Shown: positions 28,171-39,319, counted from the first letter of the stretch. The stretch is 64,000 bases of DNA from Candidatus Bathyarchaeota archaeon (GCA_025058595.1 JANXEK010000005.1:4685-68684), one strand, 5' to 3'. Notes: generated from the letters alone by a model not told the origin. A program made the numbers and translations.

Positions 28171-28668
28171 AATTGCCAAGTGTTCGTGTTGCGGAAGCCA
28201 CAACCCTTGAAGCTCATAGGTTTCTACACTCAATACGGGCTGCCGGCAGCTCCGAGAACCGTGATTTTGGTATCGGGAGGAGTTAGTTACGGCGTGGATA
28301 TTTCTGCAAGTTTCCTAGATATGAGTAGTTGCAATCTCTCAGTTCTAAGCCGGGTTTCATAAATGTCGAAGCCTCAGTCTTTCCATATAGGTAAACGTTA
28401 AAATTAAAGCTTTCTAAGAACTTAGTAGGTATTCATTCTTAAACCGAAGCATGAAACTAGCTCTAGAGATATCTAATGATTATTAAATTCTTAGAGGATT
28501 TTAGGATCGAGGTAGCCAGTTTATATCATTATCGATTTATTTGAGAAATACTTTCATCGATGATACATGTATGTTGGATAGATAGCATCCTACAGCATGT
28601 TCGTCTAGATACCCCTCCGCCTAGAATCTAACGTTTAAATCTCTGTATGTCGTTATCCATTTAGCTCG

Positions 28669-30129
28669 ATGGCTATTAAGGTGTATAGTTCGCTTAGTAG
28701 GGTTAAGGAGGTTTTCGAGCCGATTCATGATGGATGGGTGGGTATCTACGTATGCGGGCCTACTGTCTACGATTGGACTCATCTTGGTCATGCTAGGACA
28801 TATATAGCTTTCGATGCTATAGTTAGATGGCTTGAGTATAGGGGTTATAGGGTCTTCTATGTTCAGAATATAACGGATGTAGGTCACTTAACTGAGGCTG
28901 GTGAGGATAAGGTTGTAGGTAGAGCTATCAGGGAGAAGGTGGAGCCTATGGCTTTAGTCGAATTCTATATGCGTGAATACTTCAGGGATATGGATGTGCT
29001 AGGTGTTAGGAGACCCGATGTATCTCCTAGAGCTACGGGTCATATCATAGATATGATAGAGGTTATTAAGCGGCTTATAGAGAAGGGTTATGCATACGAG
29101 GTTGATGGGAACGTATTCTTCGATGTATCTAGATTCCCAGATTACGGTAAGCTATCTAGGGTTAAACTTGAGGATATGATCGCAGGTGCTAGGATAGATG
29201 TGCATCCAGGTAAGAGGGATCCTAGAGACTTCGCTCTATGGAAGAAAGCTGGGGAGGATTACCCGTTGAAGTGGGTTAGCCCATGGGGTTATGGATTCCC
29301 TGGATGGCATATCGAATGTACTGTTATGGCTATGAGGTATCTCGGTGAACAGATAGATATACATGGTGGAGCGTTAGACCTTATATTCCCGCATCACGAG
29401 AACGAAATAGCTCAAGCAGAAGCGTTTACGGGTAGGAAGCCGTTCGTTAAGTATTGGATGCATACAGGACTCCTAACGGTTAACGGTGAGAAGATGGCTA
29501 AAAGCTTAGGAAACTACGTCAGGATTAGGGATGTTTTGGATAAGTTCAGTCCAGCCGCAGTCAGATTATTCATACTGTCGACGCATTATAGGAGTCAGCT
29601 GGATTACCGTGAGGAGAAGCTCGTCGAGGCTGAAGCTAATGTGAAGAGGCTTATGAATAGTTTAACTAGGTTAGAGGAAGCTAAGGTTGAGAGGGCTTCG
29701 GATAAACCTGCGTCATCTGAGGAGAGAAGGATACTGGAAGAGCTGTATAGGCTATCTTCCGTTTTCGATGAATCTATGGATGATGATTTCAATACAGCTG
29801 AAGCGGTAAGCTTCCTATTCGAAATATGTAGAGCTGTGAATAAGCTTGTAGATCTACCTAGCATCAACAGGGCTATTCTCAGCGAAGCCGAAACTATATT
29901 CAAAGGTAAACTTAGAGTACTAGGTTTGCCGGATACCCCTTCTAGAAGGGAGGTTTCGAGTAAGCTCGTAGAAGCTTTGATAGATATCATTATCGATGTT
30001 AGGAATGAGGCTAGGAAGAGGAAGGATTACGCTACAGCGGATGAGATACGACGAAGGTTAGCATCGATAGGTGTGAAGCTTGAAGATCTACCGGGTAAGA
30101 CTATATGGCGTATCGAGGAAGCCATCTAG
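28669..30129 (+). CDS. cysS: Cysteinyl-tRNA synthetase
   Basis: HLGHARTY (HIGH), KMAKSLGN (KMSKS), Zn-binding Cys/His pattern. Confidence 0.9.
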   Translation: MAIKVYSSLSRVKEVFEPIHDGWVGIYVCGPTVYDWTHLGHARTYIAFDAIVRWLEYRGYRVFYVQNITDVGHLTEAGEDKVVGRAIREKVEPMALVEFYMREYFRDMDVLGVRRPDVSPRATGHIIDMIEVIKRLIEKGYAYEVDGNVFFDVSRFPDYGKLSRVKLEDMIAGARIDVHPGKRDPRDFALWKKAGEDYPLKWVSPWGYGFPGWHIECTVMAMRYLGEQIDIHGGALDLIFPHHENEIAQAEAFTGRKPFVKYWMHTGLLTVNGEKMAKSLGNYVRIRDVLDKFSPAAVRLFILSTHYRSQLDYREEKLVEAEANVKRLMNSLTRLEEAKVERASDKPASSEERRILEELYRLSSVFDESMDDDFNTAEAVSFLFEICRAVNKLVDLPSINRAILSEAETIFKGKLRVLGLPDTPSRREVSSKLVEALIDIIIDVRNEARKRKDYATADEIRRRLASIGVKLEDLPGKTIWRIEEAI

Positions 30130-30211
30130 CGCCATCCATCTGTTTAAGCTCATTATCTCTATAACGTTATATCTGTGAAGCTGTGTTGATATAGCGTAGA
30201 GTGGAGGATGC

Positions 30212-31345
30212 ATGAATCTAAGGGTTGGCTTGAAGGAGATATTCATAGATGAAAGATCGTTAGAATCGCTTCTTTCGAACAAGTTTTCGAAGCCTGTAAA
30301 GCTCATCAGATACGAGAAGCTTGGTGAAGGATTCCACGCTGTAGCCTATAGGGTTAAGTTGGATGTAGATGGGATCGAGAAGAGTGTTGTCCTTAGAGTT
30401 ATGCGCGGAGATACCGGCTGGGGTCATGATTATGTATCCGATAGAGCTGCTTCGCTACTACTACAGCATAACCTGTATAGGAGTTCGCCGATACGTTCCC
30501 CTGTATCCTCCATAGATGTTTTATGCCTCTTATCGGATGGCAGGGTTGAATCTATAGGTGATGCTGTGGAGTTCATACATCTCATGGATGAAGTCACCGA
30601 GGAATACGGTAGACCATATGTATACGATCTATTCGAGATAGCTTCGAGAGGTACTCTAACCGATAGGGATATAGGTAGATGTAGGATGTTAGTATCGTAT
30701 CTATACATGCTCCATAGTGTGAAGATCTTTAATCGAAACCTATACCTTAGACATATAAGGGATCTGGTGGGTCATGGGGAGATGTTTATGGGGGTCGTAG
30801 ACTCATACCCAGATCTCTCAAGCTTAGGATGGATCGATGAGGATAGGGTTCTGAAACTCGAGAAGAAGATGGTTGAATGGAGGTATAAGCTTAGACGTTA
30901 TACTTATAGAGCGTCGAGGATCCATGGGGATTTCCATCCTTTTGGGAATATAAGGTTTAGAAGCGATGATCAGCCAGTTATCCTCGAATATTCTCGGGAA
31001 GAGTATGGCGAACCTGCCGACGACCTTTCAGCTCTAACGATAAACTATCTATTCATCTCTATCTGGAAGTGCGGATCTTATGCTCAGCCGTTCAGAACAC
31101 TGTTCGAAGAATTCTTCGAAACATATATGAGGGAGACCGGTGACACGGAGATCCTAAGGGTTATACAGCCGTTCTACTGCTTTAGAGGACTTGTAGTAAT
31201 ACATCCCTTATACTATCCTGAGATGGAGTATTGGAAAAGGCTATCCATACTCAGATTTATAGAAAACGTATCGTCTATCGAGGAATTCGATCCTAAGAAG
31301 GTTTCCGATTACCTTGGAGAGACAGAGGGATCCAGCTCGGTTTAA
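30212..31345 (+). CDS. Phosphotransferase-family protein (APH/choline-kinase-like fold)
   Basis: IHGDFHPFGN matches the HGDxxxxN catalytic loop. Confidence 0.5.
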   Translation: MNLRVGLKEIFIDERSLESLLSNKFSKPVKLIRYEKLGEGFHAVAYRVKLDVDGIEKSVVLRVMRGDTGWGHDYVSDRAASLLLQHNLYRSSPIRSPVSSIDVLCLLSDGRVESIGDAVEFIHLMDEVTEEYGRPYVYDLFEIASRGTLTDRDIGRCRMLVSYLYMLHSVKIFNRNLYLRHIRDLVGHGEMFMGVVDSYPDLSSLGWIDEDRVLKLEKKMVEWRYKLRRYTYRASRIHGDFHPFGNIRFRSDDQPVILEYSREEYGEPADDLSALTINYLFISIWKCGSYAQPFRTLFEEFFETYMRETGDTEILRVIQPFYCFRGLVVIHPLYYPEMEYWKRLSILRFIENVSSIEEFDPKKVSDYLGETEGSSSV

Positions 31346-31757
31346 CACCACATCCGTGTACGGTTAGGATAGCTATATCTCGATAGCTATCGCCATGCCC
31401 TAAGATCCTCTGATCCTCATAACGATGCTATAACCCCTATTCATGTTAGATGCAGGGGAGATGGCTCCATAGTCATTTCATAGTTAAGATACGGTGGCTC
31501 ATGTAGTTTCTTCAACATCCTTGTTATAAGATGATCTAATTGTCCATCCAACTCATGATTCAATGATTCCTTCGAAACATCTACAACCTCGTCTACTATC
31601 CTATCCAGCGGAAGCCTCCTATCAGGTCTTATAAACAGTGTACATCGCCATACATAGCTATAGTCTACATCTCTTGTATGGTCCGATTAGTCTCCGCTTT
31701 AAGCGACACGGTAGGTTTAAGATACTTGGTAATCTCTATAAATTAAAGTGGTAAGCC

Positions 31758-32282
31758 TTGAAGGAGGGGTGGGCTATATGGATTACAGGCCTCCCGTCAA
31801 GCGGTAAATCTACGATAGCCAGAATGTTATATGAGAAGCTAGATTCGCTCGGTATTCGCATCCAGATACTCGAATCAGACGAGCTTAGAAAGATCTTAAC
31901 CCCTAACCCTACGTATACGGAGGAGGAGAGGGATAACTTCTATAGAGCTATAACCTATATAGGATGGCTCTTAGTTAGGAACGGTGTTAACGTTATCTTC
32001 GATGCTACCGCTAGTAAGAGGAAGTATAGGGATGAAGCTAGAAGGATGATAAATAGGTTCATGGAGGTATACCTGTACTGCCCTCTAGAAGTATGTATGG
32101 CTAGGGATAGGAAGGGGTTGTATAGGAGGGCTTTAGAAGGCGTTATAAAAACCCTACCCGGATTACAGGTATCCTATGAGGAACCGTTAAACCCGGATCT
32201 GAAGCTCGATACCTCTGCAAGCGATCCTATATCGTGTGTAGAAGCTATAATCGAAGCTATGCGTAACAGAGGTTTCATATAG
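31758..32282 (+). CDS. Adenylylsulfate (APS) kinase-family protein
   Basis: IWITGLPSSGKSTIA P-loop, DxxR and PLEVCMARDRKGLYRRA motifs closely match CysC. Confidence 0.65.
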   Translation: MKEGWAIWITGLPSSGKSTIARMLYEKLDSLGIRIQILESDELRKILTPNPTYTEEERDNFYRAITYIGWLLVRNGVNVIFDATASKRKYRDEARRMINRFMEVYLYCPLEVCMARDRKGLYRRALEGVIKTLPGLQVSYEEPLNPDLKLDTSASDPISCVEAIIEAMRNRGFI

Positions 32283-32284
32283 CG

Positions 32285-33121
32285 CTAGACGCTTAACCCA
32301 GCCCATCCGAGCATCCTCGCAGCGTCGATAAACCTACCAGCCCTACATAAAATCTCCCTAGATCCAACCCTCTCCACCCCGTACACGCCCTTCATCCTAT
32401 CGACATAGTTGGGATGCATATACTCTACTAAGACCTTTACAGGCTCGTTAAACTTGAAAGCGTTGTAGGCTTTCCTATTCCTCGCTAGATTCTCTACCGC
32501 CTCCTTCGCAGCTTCCCTTATAAGCTCGTAGGTCCTCCTCGATGGTAGACAGTATGCCGATGTACGAGCTAAGCTATGCTTAACCGTTACGACCTCTACA
32601 TCGCCTAGGAATCTCCTAGCTTCAGTTACGGCTTCGCTACAACCTGTTACGAGGATAACTGGTAAGCCTAGGGATCCAGCTACAGCTGAATCCACAGCTA
32701 TCTCTCCAACTTCAACCTCGTTTACGGTGACTCTGTATATAGATCTAGATGAGAATGTATGGGATAGAATGGCTTTAGGATTACCCGCCATGGCATGGTA
32801 GGCTATAAGGAATACGCAATCAAAATTTTCATCGAGGATCGACAATCTAAGTCTAGACTCGTGATCTGTACGTATATAGATAGCTTTAGGATGCATTAGA
32901 TCCGGTACTATATTCCACGCTCCTCCACCTCCATGTAGATCATCGACGTACACCTCATCTGCTCCACCTTGGATAGCACCTTCGACGGCTGCGTTCACAT
33001 CGCTTGTAAGTAGTCTGCGAGCCTCCTGATACTCTGCCCCGGTATATCCATCCCATCCGGCCTGCTCAGGTCTGACTATACAGGAAGCCCCCTCCATATC
33101 GGCCATAATATAGACTCTCAA
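32285..33121 (-). CDS. D-aminopeptidase DppA (peptidase M55) family
   Basis: MRVYIMADMEGAS start and overall M55 pattern. Confidence 0.65.
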   Translation of the reverse strand: MRVYIMADMEGASCIVRPEQAGWDGYTGAEYQEARRLLTSDVNAAVEGAIQGGADEVYVDDLHGGGGAWNIVPDLMHPKAIYIRTDHESRLRLSILDENFDCVFLIAYHAMAGNPKAILSHTFSSRSIYRVTVNEVEVGEIAVDSAVAGSLGLPVILVTGCSEAVTEARRFLGDVEVVTVKHSLARTSAYCLPSRRTYELIREAAKEAVENLARNRKAYNAFKFNEPVKVLVEYMHPNYVDRMKGVYGVERVGSREILCRAGRFIDAARMLGWAGLSV

Positions 33122-33174
33122 TTATACCCCCGATAGAGTATTTAGGGGTCAGAATAGTCTAATTAAGCCTAACT

Positions 33175-34764
33175 CTATATTATAGATGTGATGTAGCCTA
33201 TACCTCTAGTCCTACCTTCACGGAATACGAAGTTATCTCCGATCCTTACGAATCTAGGTTTATACTTGAATCTAAGCTTAACATAAGCTGTATCTCCTGT
33301 TCTTAGAGGTTCTCTCTCCATATCTACGAATTCGACAGCTTCCCTTATCGTATGAAGATGTATAGTCGCGTTATACCCCTTCCTTATAGTCGTAGGATGA
33401 TGTAGAACCGTTATCCTAGACTCGAATATCCATACAGGCTTAAGGTTTACCCCCTCACCAGCTAGGATCATACCCTTCTCTACCTCGTCGTATTCGACAT
33501 TAGTTATAGCTAGACATACATCCTGCCCGGAGTATGCTTCGTCTACAGGTATCCGGCAGACATGTATAGATTTAACTCTGGCAAGCCTGAATGATCCGTC
33601 ACTGAATGGACCTAGCTGGAGTACATCGCCAACCTTAACCACACCCTGGATCGTAAGCCCGCTTACGACTAAACCTACACCTTTAACATCGAATTTATCG
33701 TCTATATACATTAGGAAAGGCATCTTCACATATTCATCCCATCTTAGACGTGGAGGTACTATATCGAGGAAGAATCTGATTAGATCTAACCCTTCACCCG
33801 TAGTATTGGAGATTTTGAATATAGGCGTCACTCTCTCGCTAGCTATAGTCCTAGCCGCTACTATAGCATCATCTCTATTCCTGATGATAAACGGTATACG
33901 GTTCACCCCAGGCATCTTAAGAAGTCTGCATATATCCGATATGGTCTCGTCGACCTTGAATCTATCTACAAGGTCTATCTTGGTAACGACGATTATCACC
34001 GGTAGCTTTAAAGCTATAGCTACCCCCAGATGCTCTCTAGCCATACCTACCATGCCGGCGTTAGCTGCTACCGTAAGGATAGCGTAATCAGGTTTACGTC
34101 CCAGAACACCTTTAAGGGTAGTTCTAAGATACCTTTCATGGCCAGCTAGATCTACGAAGCATAGTATCTTCGCACTTTTCAGGAAAACCTCCGCTTCATC
34201 TAAAGGTGAGAGAAGTTTATAGTTGACAGGTTCACCGTTATCGTCGAAGCCGAGTAGATGCGTAGATATCGATGACGTCCTCCCACTCTTAACTTCGTGG
34301 AGGAATCTGGCGACTCTCTTCATAGCTAAACCGTTGCCATCATCCAGCAGCCCTGTTGTTAATACGCCTATCAAGCTCGATTTACCTGAATCGACGTTTC
34401 CCAAAAGAGGTATAGTCACAAACACCGGGTACCTATCCTCCCTACTATACCTTACATGAACCTCGGCTACGAGACCTTTACGTCCACTCTCTATCCTTAG
34501 AATCTTCAGTTTAGCTCCTATGATGCCAGCTGCCTTCTCTAAGTTTGCTATACTCTCATCGAGCTGCTCCTTAGATAGACCGATAGGTTCACCATCATCG
34601 GTTACACCTATCTCGTAGAAAGCCTCCCCTCCCCCCTCCTCTAGCCTATACTTCATCTGCGAAGCTAGCCTTTCAAGCTCCCTCCTACCTACACCGGTAA
34701 CCCTAAGCTTATACTCTACGTTACCTTCATCACGCTCCGCCGGTAGGTTAATAGCTGTCATCAC
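33175..34764 (-). CDS. GTPBP1-family translational GTPase (EF-Tu-like)
   Basis: G1 GNVDSGKSSL, G3 DLAGHE, G4 TKID, followed by beta-barrel domains II/III. Confidence 0.7.
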   Translation of the reverse strand: MMTAINLPAERDEGNVEYKLRVTGVGRRELERLASQMKYRLEEGGGEAFYEIGVTDDGEPIGLSKEQLDESIANLEKAAGIIGAKLKILRIESGRKGLVAEVHVRYSREDRYPVFVTIPLLGNVDSGKSSLIGVLTTGLLDDGNGLAMKRVARFLHEVKSGRTSSISTHLLGFDDNGEPVNYKLLSPLDEAEVFLKSAKILCFVDLAGHERYLRTTLKGVLGRKPDYAILTVAANAGMVGMAREHLGVAIALKLPVIIVVTKIDLVDRFKVDETISDICRLLKMPGVNRIPFIIRNRDDAIVAARTIASERVTPIFKISNTTGEGLDLIRFFLDIVPPRLRWDEYVKMPFLMYIDDKFDVKGVGLVVSGLTIQGVVKVGDVLQLGPFSDGSFRLARVKSIHVCRIPVDEAYSGQDVCLAITNVEYDEVEKGMILAGEGVNLKPVWIFESRITVLHHPTTIRKGYNATIHLHTIREAVEFVDMEREPLRTGDTAYVKLRFKYKPRFVRIGDNFVFREGRTRGIGYITSII

Positions 34765-34822
34765 CCTGACACTTCTACACTAGCCTAGAACAGTATGCTT
34801 CGGTTATAGTTAAACATTCATC

Positions 34823-35872
34823 TTAGACGTTAACACCCCATAGATGCGAATGGGCGTCTAACACCCTTAAAGCATTCCTATATGCTAACTTCTCCAGGGC
34901 AGACTCCGGTAACCCCCTCTCAACTAATTTACCCCAGAGATTCAATACCTTAGATATATCCTCTAAACCAGGTGGAGGTCTAGAATATATTAAACCGAAG
35001 TAGTCTGTACCTAGCGAAAGTATATCCCCACCGTAATGTTCGTAGGCATAGAGTATATGATCTACGAGATGATCGATCGATGGGTTATCGGCTATCGTAG
35101 AGGGGATGAATGTGAATCCAACCACACCCTTCTTCGATGCTAACAGCTCTAAGACGTTATCGGTTAAGTTTCTAGGGTGAGGTTTAACCTTAGCTATATT
35201 CGCATGGCTAACTATAACCGGTAGCTTCGATGCTTCGATAGCTTCTATGCATGTACGCTCGCTCGCATGAGCTAGATCGATTATAATCCCTAGACGGTTT
35301 GCCTCTTCGATAACCTCCTCGCCGAAACCTGTAAGCCCATAATCCCTTCTACTCATACATGAAGCTGCAACCCTGCAATCATAGTTCCATGTAAGCTGTA
35401 TACTCCTAACACCCAGTCTATAGAATAGCTCCAGATCATCTAAATCGTCTATGGCATCTGTTCCTTCAAGCGATACTAGAAAGCCTATAGCGTCAGAATT
35501 AAACAGATCATCTAGATCTCTCCGCGTACCGATAAGCTTTATCTGAGGGTAGCATCTAGCCATCCTGCCGTAGACTTTTATCTGCTCGATAACGTTCAGC
35601 TTAACATCTCTAACTGTATTCACACAGATGGACTCTACACCTCTATATCCACTCCAAACCTTGGAAGCCAGCTTAGGATTGAACGTAGGCATAAGCGGGA
35701 ATATGGATGAGAATACTAGTTTAACGTATCCCCTCATATATTTAGGTATATCTCCATCTCTACCCTCTATATCCATATCGAAGGGGAGAGGCTTGGATAC
35801 CCCGTTCCCTCCAGTTACGTAATGGTATGCTACATCCTCGTGTAGATCCACCACAGGTATGCGTTTAGCCAT
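34823..35872 (-). CDS. Membrane dipeptidase (peptidase M19) family
   Basis: VVDLHEDVAY and DLAH motifs typical of renal-dipeptidase-fold proteins. Confidence 0.7.
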   Translation of the reverse strand: MAKRIPVVDLHEDVAYHYVTGGNGVSKPLPFDMDIEGRDGDIPKYMRGYVKLVFSSIFPLMPTFNPKLASKVWSGYRGVESICVNTVRDVKLNVIEQIKVYGRMARCYPQIKLIGTRRDLDDLFNSDAIGFLVSLEGTDAIDDLDDLELFYRLGVRSIQLTWNYDCRVAASCMSRRDYGLTGFGEEVIEEANRLGIIIDLAHASERTCIEAIEASKLPVIVSHANIAKVKPHPRNLTDNVLELLASKKGVVGFTFIPSTIADNPSIDHLVDHILYAYEHYGGDILSLGTDYFGLIYSRPPPGLEDISKVLNLWGKLVERGLPESALEKLAYRNALRVLDAHSHLWGVNV

Positions 35873-35942
35873 ATCGGTGATACGATCGGTATACTCCGGA
35901 TTTAAGCGTTAATATACTCTGGTATGTTATGTACAATTCGAG

Positions 35943-37172
35943 ATGATAGAGTTAGGCGTATCTAAGGTTAGGATAACTCCTCCCGTGGGAGTTCCTATGG
36001 ATGGTTATCTATCTAGAAGGATGCCGTCGATAGGTGTACACGACCATATATATGCGAGAAGCCTGGTTATAGGTGATGGTACAAACTTTCTAGCTCTATC
36101 CTCGCTAGAGCTACTCTACGTAACTAACGATATCGCGGCTTCTGTAGAGGATGTCGTAGAGAGCGAGCTTAGTATACCTAGAGATTCTATAATCGTAACA
36201 GCTGTTCACAACCATTCAGGTCCATCCGTTATAGGGTTCCACTCGGTAGAACAGTATAGATTTCTGGATGAATATCTTGAATACCTGCCTAGCGCTATAT
36301 CCTCATCTATAATCGAGGCGTACAATCGTAGACGTAAAGTAAGAGTAGGCTATGGTAGAGGTAGATTCGATAGGTGGATCGTTAATAGGAGGAAGCCTAA
36401 GCTAGGCCCGGTGGATGATGAGCTACTAGTCTTCAAAGCTGAAGATGATTCCGGTCGTACTGTTGCCTCGATAGTGAACTTCGCATGCCACGCCGTGGTT
36501 TTAGGCTCAAATAACCTATTGATAACAGGGGATTACCCTGGATACCTATCTAGAACCGTCGAATCTATGGAGGGTGGAATCTGCATATTCCTAAACGGCG
36601 CCTTCGGGGATATAAACCCGTATACGCCAGGTACGAATATCGGAAGAGTTTACGATAGAAGTATGGGTAGATTTGACGATGCTATACGTATGGGGAGAGC
36701 TTTAGGATGCGAAGCGGTGAAGGTTATGGAGCTACTAGATCTAGTGGATGAAGCTAGATTCTCCTCCGCTTCGACTACTGTTAAACTCAAGCTCAGACCT
36801 ATACCGACCGTAGATAGCTTTGGAAGCCTAGATAAGCTAACCTCTCGTATACGTCAGAGGATCGAGAAGCTATTCCCGCATGGAGAGGCTATAGTATCTA
36901 TCAGAGGATTCAGGATAGGTGATCTAGGGGTTGTAGCGCTACCTGGGGAGCTATTCGTAGAACTAGGTCTATCGATTAAGAGATCGTCACCCTTCAACTA
37001 TACTATGATAGCTGGATGCTCTATAAGCGAGCTTGGATATATACCTACAGATGAAGCTTACGATGATGGAGGCTACGAGGTTTCCATACCTGTATGCTTA
37101 GTGGATAGAGGTAGTGGTGGAAAGTTGGTGGAAGCATCGATCGATATCCTTAGGAAGCTATACTCATCCTAG
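35943..37172 (+). CDS. Neutral/alkaline ceramidase-like hydrolase family protein
   Basis: N-terminal GVSKVRITPPVGVPMDGY matches the neutral ceramidase N-terminal domain signature. Confidence 0.55.
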   Translation: MIELGVSKVRITPPVGVPMDGYLSRRMPSIGVHDHIYARSLVIGDGTNFLALSSLELLYVTNDIAASVEDVVESELSIPRDSIIVTAVHNHSGPSVIGFHSVEQYRFLDEYLEYLPSAISSSIIEAYNRRRKVRVGYGRGRFDRWIVNRRKPKLGPVDDELLVFKAEDDSGRTVASIVNFACHAVVLGSNNLLITGDYPGYLSRTVESMEGGICIFLNGAFGDINPYTPGTNIGRVYDRSMGRFDDAIRMGRALGCEAVKVMELLDLVDEARFSSASTTVKLKLRPIPTVDSFGSLDKLTSRIRQRIEKLFPHGEAIVSIRGFRIGDLGVVALPGELFVELGLSIKRSSPFNYTMIAGCSISELGYIPTDEAYDDGGYEVSIPVCLVDRGSGGKLVEASIDILRKLYSS

Positions 37173-37987
37173 ATATCTTCGGCGAATATATCGCAGTGTA
37201 AGCTTCCGACTGGTAGAATCTTGAAGGGTTCAGCATACTCTACGCCTAACCTTTTACCCATAAACTTCATATACGCTTTAATCGTCTCAAGGAATCTATC
37301 TAGGTTCTCCCCTGGAAACTGGCTTCTATGAGCTGAGATCGCTTCGAGCTTAACATCCACATATCTAGATACATCTACGTACGTGTTCGGCTTCCTACTC
37401 CAGTAGAATGCTATAAACTTTACACGGTGAGGAGTTAAGCCACTCCTCAGATCCTGCGGGTTGATATGTACTAGTCCTGAGAACATCGACGCTTCCGCTG
37501 CGAGTATACCTGTCGCTATATGGTCTGGATGAACCTCGTACGTAAGCCATGGATCCACCGTGACTACGATATCCGGTTTAAACTCTCTTATAATAGTTAT
37601 AAGCTTCCCTCTAGCTTCCAAGCTAACACTAAGCTCGCTATCCCTATAGTTCATCCAGATAAGCCGATCTACACCGAGTATCTTCGCAGCCTCTTCCTGC
37701 TCCCTCTTTCTAACCTCAGCTAGCTTCTCAGGATAGAGCATAGGATCCGATGTACCCATACACCCATCCGTCATGGTTACATAAGCTACCTCAACCCCCC
37801 TCCCCCTCATCCATGCTACAGTACCCCCAACAGCTATCTCTGTATCATCAGGGTGTGGTTGTACGCATAGAACTCTCCTAGCTCCTTCGAATACATTCCC
37901 CATAGCTCTACGTCTAGCTTCGACGATAGCATCGTAAGCTTCATCCCACGATAATCGTTCTAAAGATTCGTAAGGTATAACGCTCAT
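37169..37987 (-). CDS. PIG-L/LmbE-family N-acetylglucosaminyl deacetylase
   Basis: VQPHPDDTEIAVGGT zinc-binding motif. Confidence 0.7.
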   Translation of the reverse strand: MSVIPYESLERLSWDEAYDAIVEARRRAMGNVFEGARRVLCVQPHPDDTEIAVGGTVAWMRGRGVEVAYVTMTDGCMGTSDPMLYPEKLAEVRKREQEEAAKILGVDRLIWMNYRDSELSVSLEARGKLITIIREFKPDIVVTVDPWLTYEVHPDHIATGILAAEASMFSGLVHINPQDLRSGLTPHRVKFIAFYWSRKPNTYVDVSRYVDVKLEAISAHRSQFPGENLDRFLETIKAYMKFMGKRLGVEYAEPFKILPVGSLHCDIFAEDI

Positions 37988-38062
37988 GGGAGATCTAGAG
38001 AGTACCCAGCTGTACAGCTATAAATAGTTTGACCTAGCATAACCTTTAAAGATTCAAAGATT

Positions 38063-39319
38063 CTATGTAGAGCATCTCCCCGGTTCGGTAAGCTCATCTA
38101 AATTTTCCTTAACCTTCTCGATACCGGCTACTATATCGTCCATATCCTCCCTAGAGCCTAGTAGAACATATTGTGGTAACCATAAACCCTCTACGTAACA
38201 TGCCCTCTCCGCTGCGGGTAGATTTAAACTCGAGTAATCGATATGCCTACCATAGTATGGACATGAAAGCGGGCATCTCTCAAAATACTTTAGATAACCC
38301 TCCTTATACAACGGTTTAGAGTAGCCGATACTTACCGGTATCCCTTCAGCTTGTAGAGCTTTAGCGAATACGGTTTTAGGTAAGCCGTCGAAAGCCTCCG
38401 GGTTATACCTGAATATATATAGATGATACGCATTCCTCGTGATACGTTCATCCTTCCTTAAGGTTTTCAAACCGTCTATCCTGGATAGCTTAGAATCTAG
38501 ATAGTACGCATTATCCATACGTCTCCTGGTATGCTCATCAAGCCTCTCTAGCTGGACTAGAAGTATAGCCGCTTGGAACTCCGTCATACGACAATTCCAT
38601 CCAGGTAGATGATGTTCATACCATAAACCCTGCGGGAGCCTTCCACAGTTGTGTAGAGACCATGCTTTCATGTATAGGTCTTCATCATCGGTTACCACCA
38701 TGCCACCCTCACCGCTGGTTATATTCTTACTTGATTGGAAGCTGAACGCACCTATATCGCCTATAGCTCCAACTCTACGTCCCCTCCACTCTGAACTCCA
38801 TGCCTGACATGCATCCTCGACTACGTGTAGGTCGTACCTCCTAGCTATAGATATGATAGAATCCATGTCAGCCGGTCTACCACCTATATGAACCGGTAGT
38901 ATAGCTTTAGTCCTCTCAGATATTGCCGATTCGATGCTTCTAGGATCGAGAGTATATGTTTCCGGGTCTATATCGGCGAATATAGGTATAGCATTAACGT
39001 ATAGTATAGCCATAATCGTAGCCATAAAAGTGTATGGTGGAACTATAACCTCGTCACCGCATCCTATACCTAAAGCTCTAAGGGAAATCTCTAAAGCTGC
39101 AGTCCCGTTTGTTACAGCTACGCCATACTTCGCATGTTGATACGCCGCGAACTTCTCTTCGAATTCCCTCTTAAACCTACCACCTATCCCCCACAAACCA
39201 CTCTCTAGAACCTTTCTCAAAGCTTCAAGTTCTCTATCATCGAAGATAGGCCACCTCGGAAACGGCTTCTCTCTTACAGGCTTCCCCCCGTTTAAAGCAA
39301 GTTTAGCCATAACATACAC
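38063..39319 (-). CDS. DegT/DnrJ/EryC1/StrS-family PLP-dependent sugar aminotransferase
   Basis: SFQSSKNITSGEGG lysine-PLP motif and fold pattern. Confidence 0.8.
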   Translation of the reverse strand: MYVMAKLALNGGKPVREKPFPRWPIFDDRELEALRKVLESGLWGIGGRFKREFEEKFAAYQHAKYGVAVTNGTAALEISLRALGIGCGDEVIVPPYTFMATIMAILYVNAIPIFADIDPETYTLDPRSIESAISERTKAILPVHIGGRPADMDSIISIARRYDLHVVEDACQAWSSEWRGRRVGAIGDIGAFSFQSSKNITSGEGGMVVTDDEDLYMKAWSLHNCGRLPQGLWYEHHLPGWNCRMTEFQAAILLVQLERLDEHTRRRMDNAYYLDSKLSRIDGLKTLRKDERITRNAYHLYIFRYNPEAFDGLPKTVFAKALQAEGIPVSIGYSKPLYKEGYLKYFERCPLSCPYYGRHIDYSSLNLPAAERACYVEGLWLPQYVLLGSREDMDDIVAGIEKVKENLDELTEPGRCST

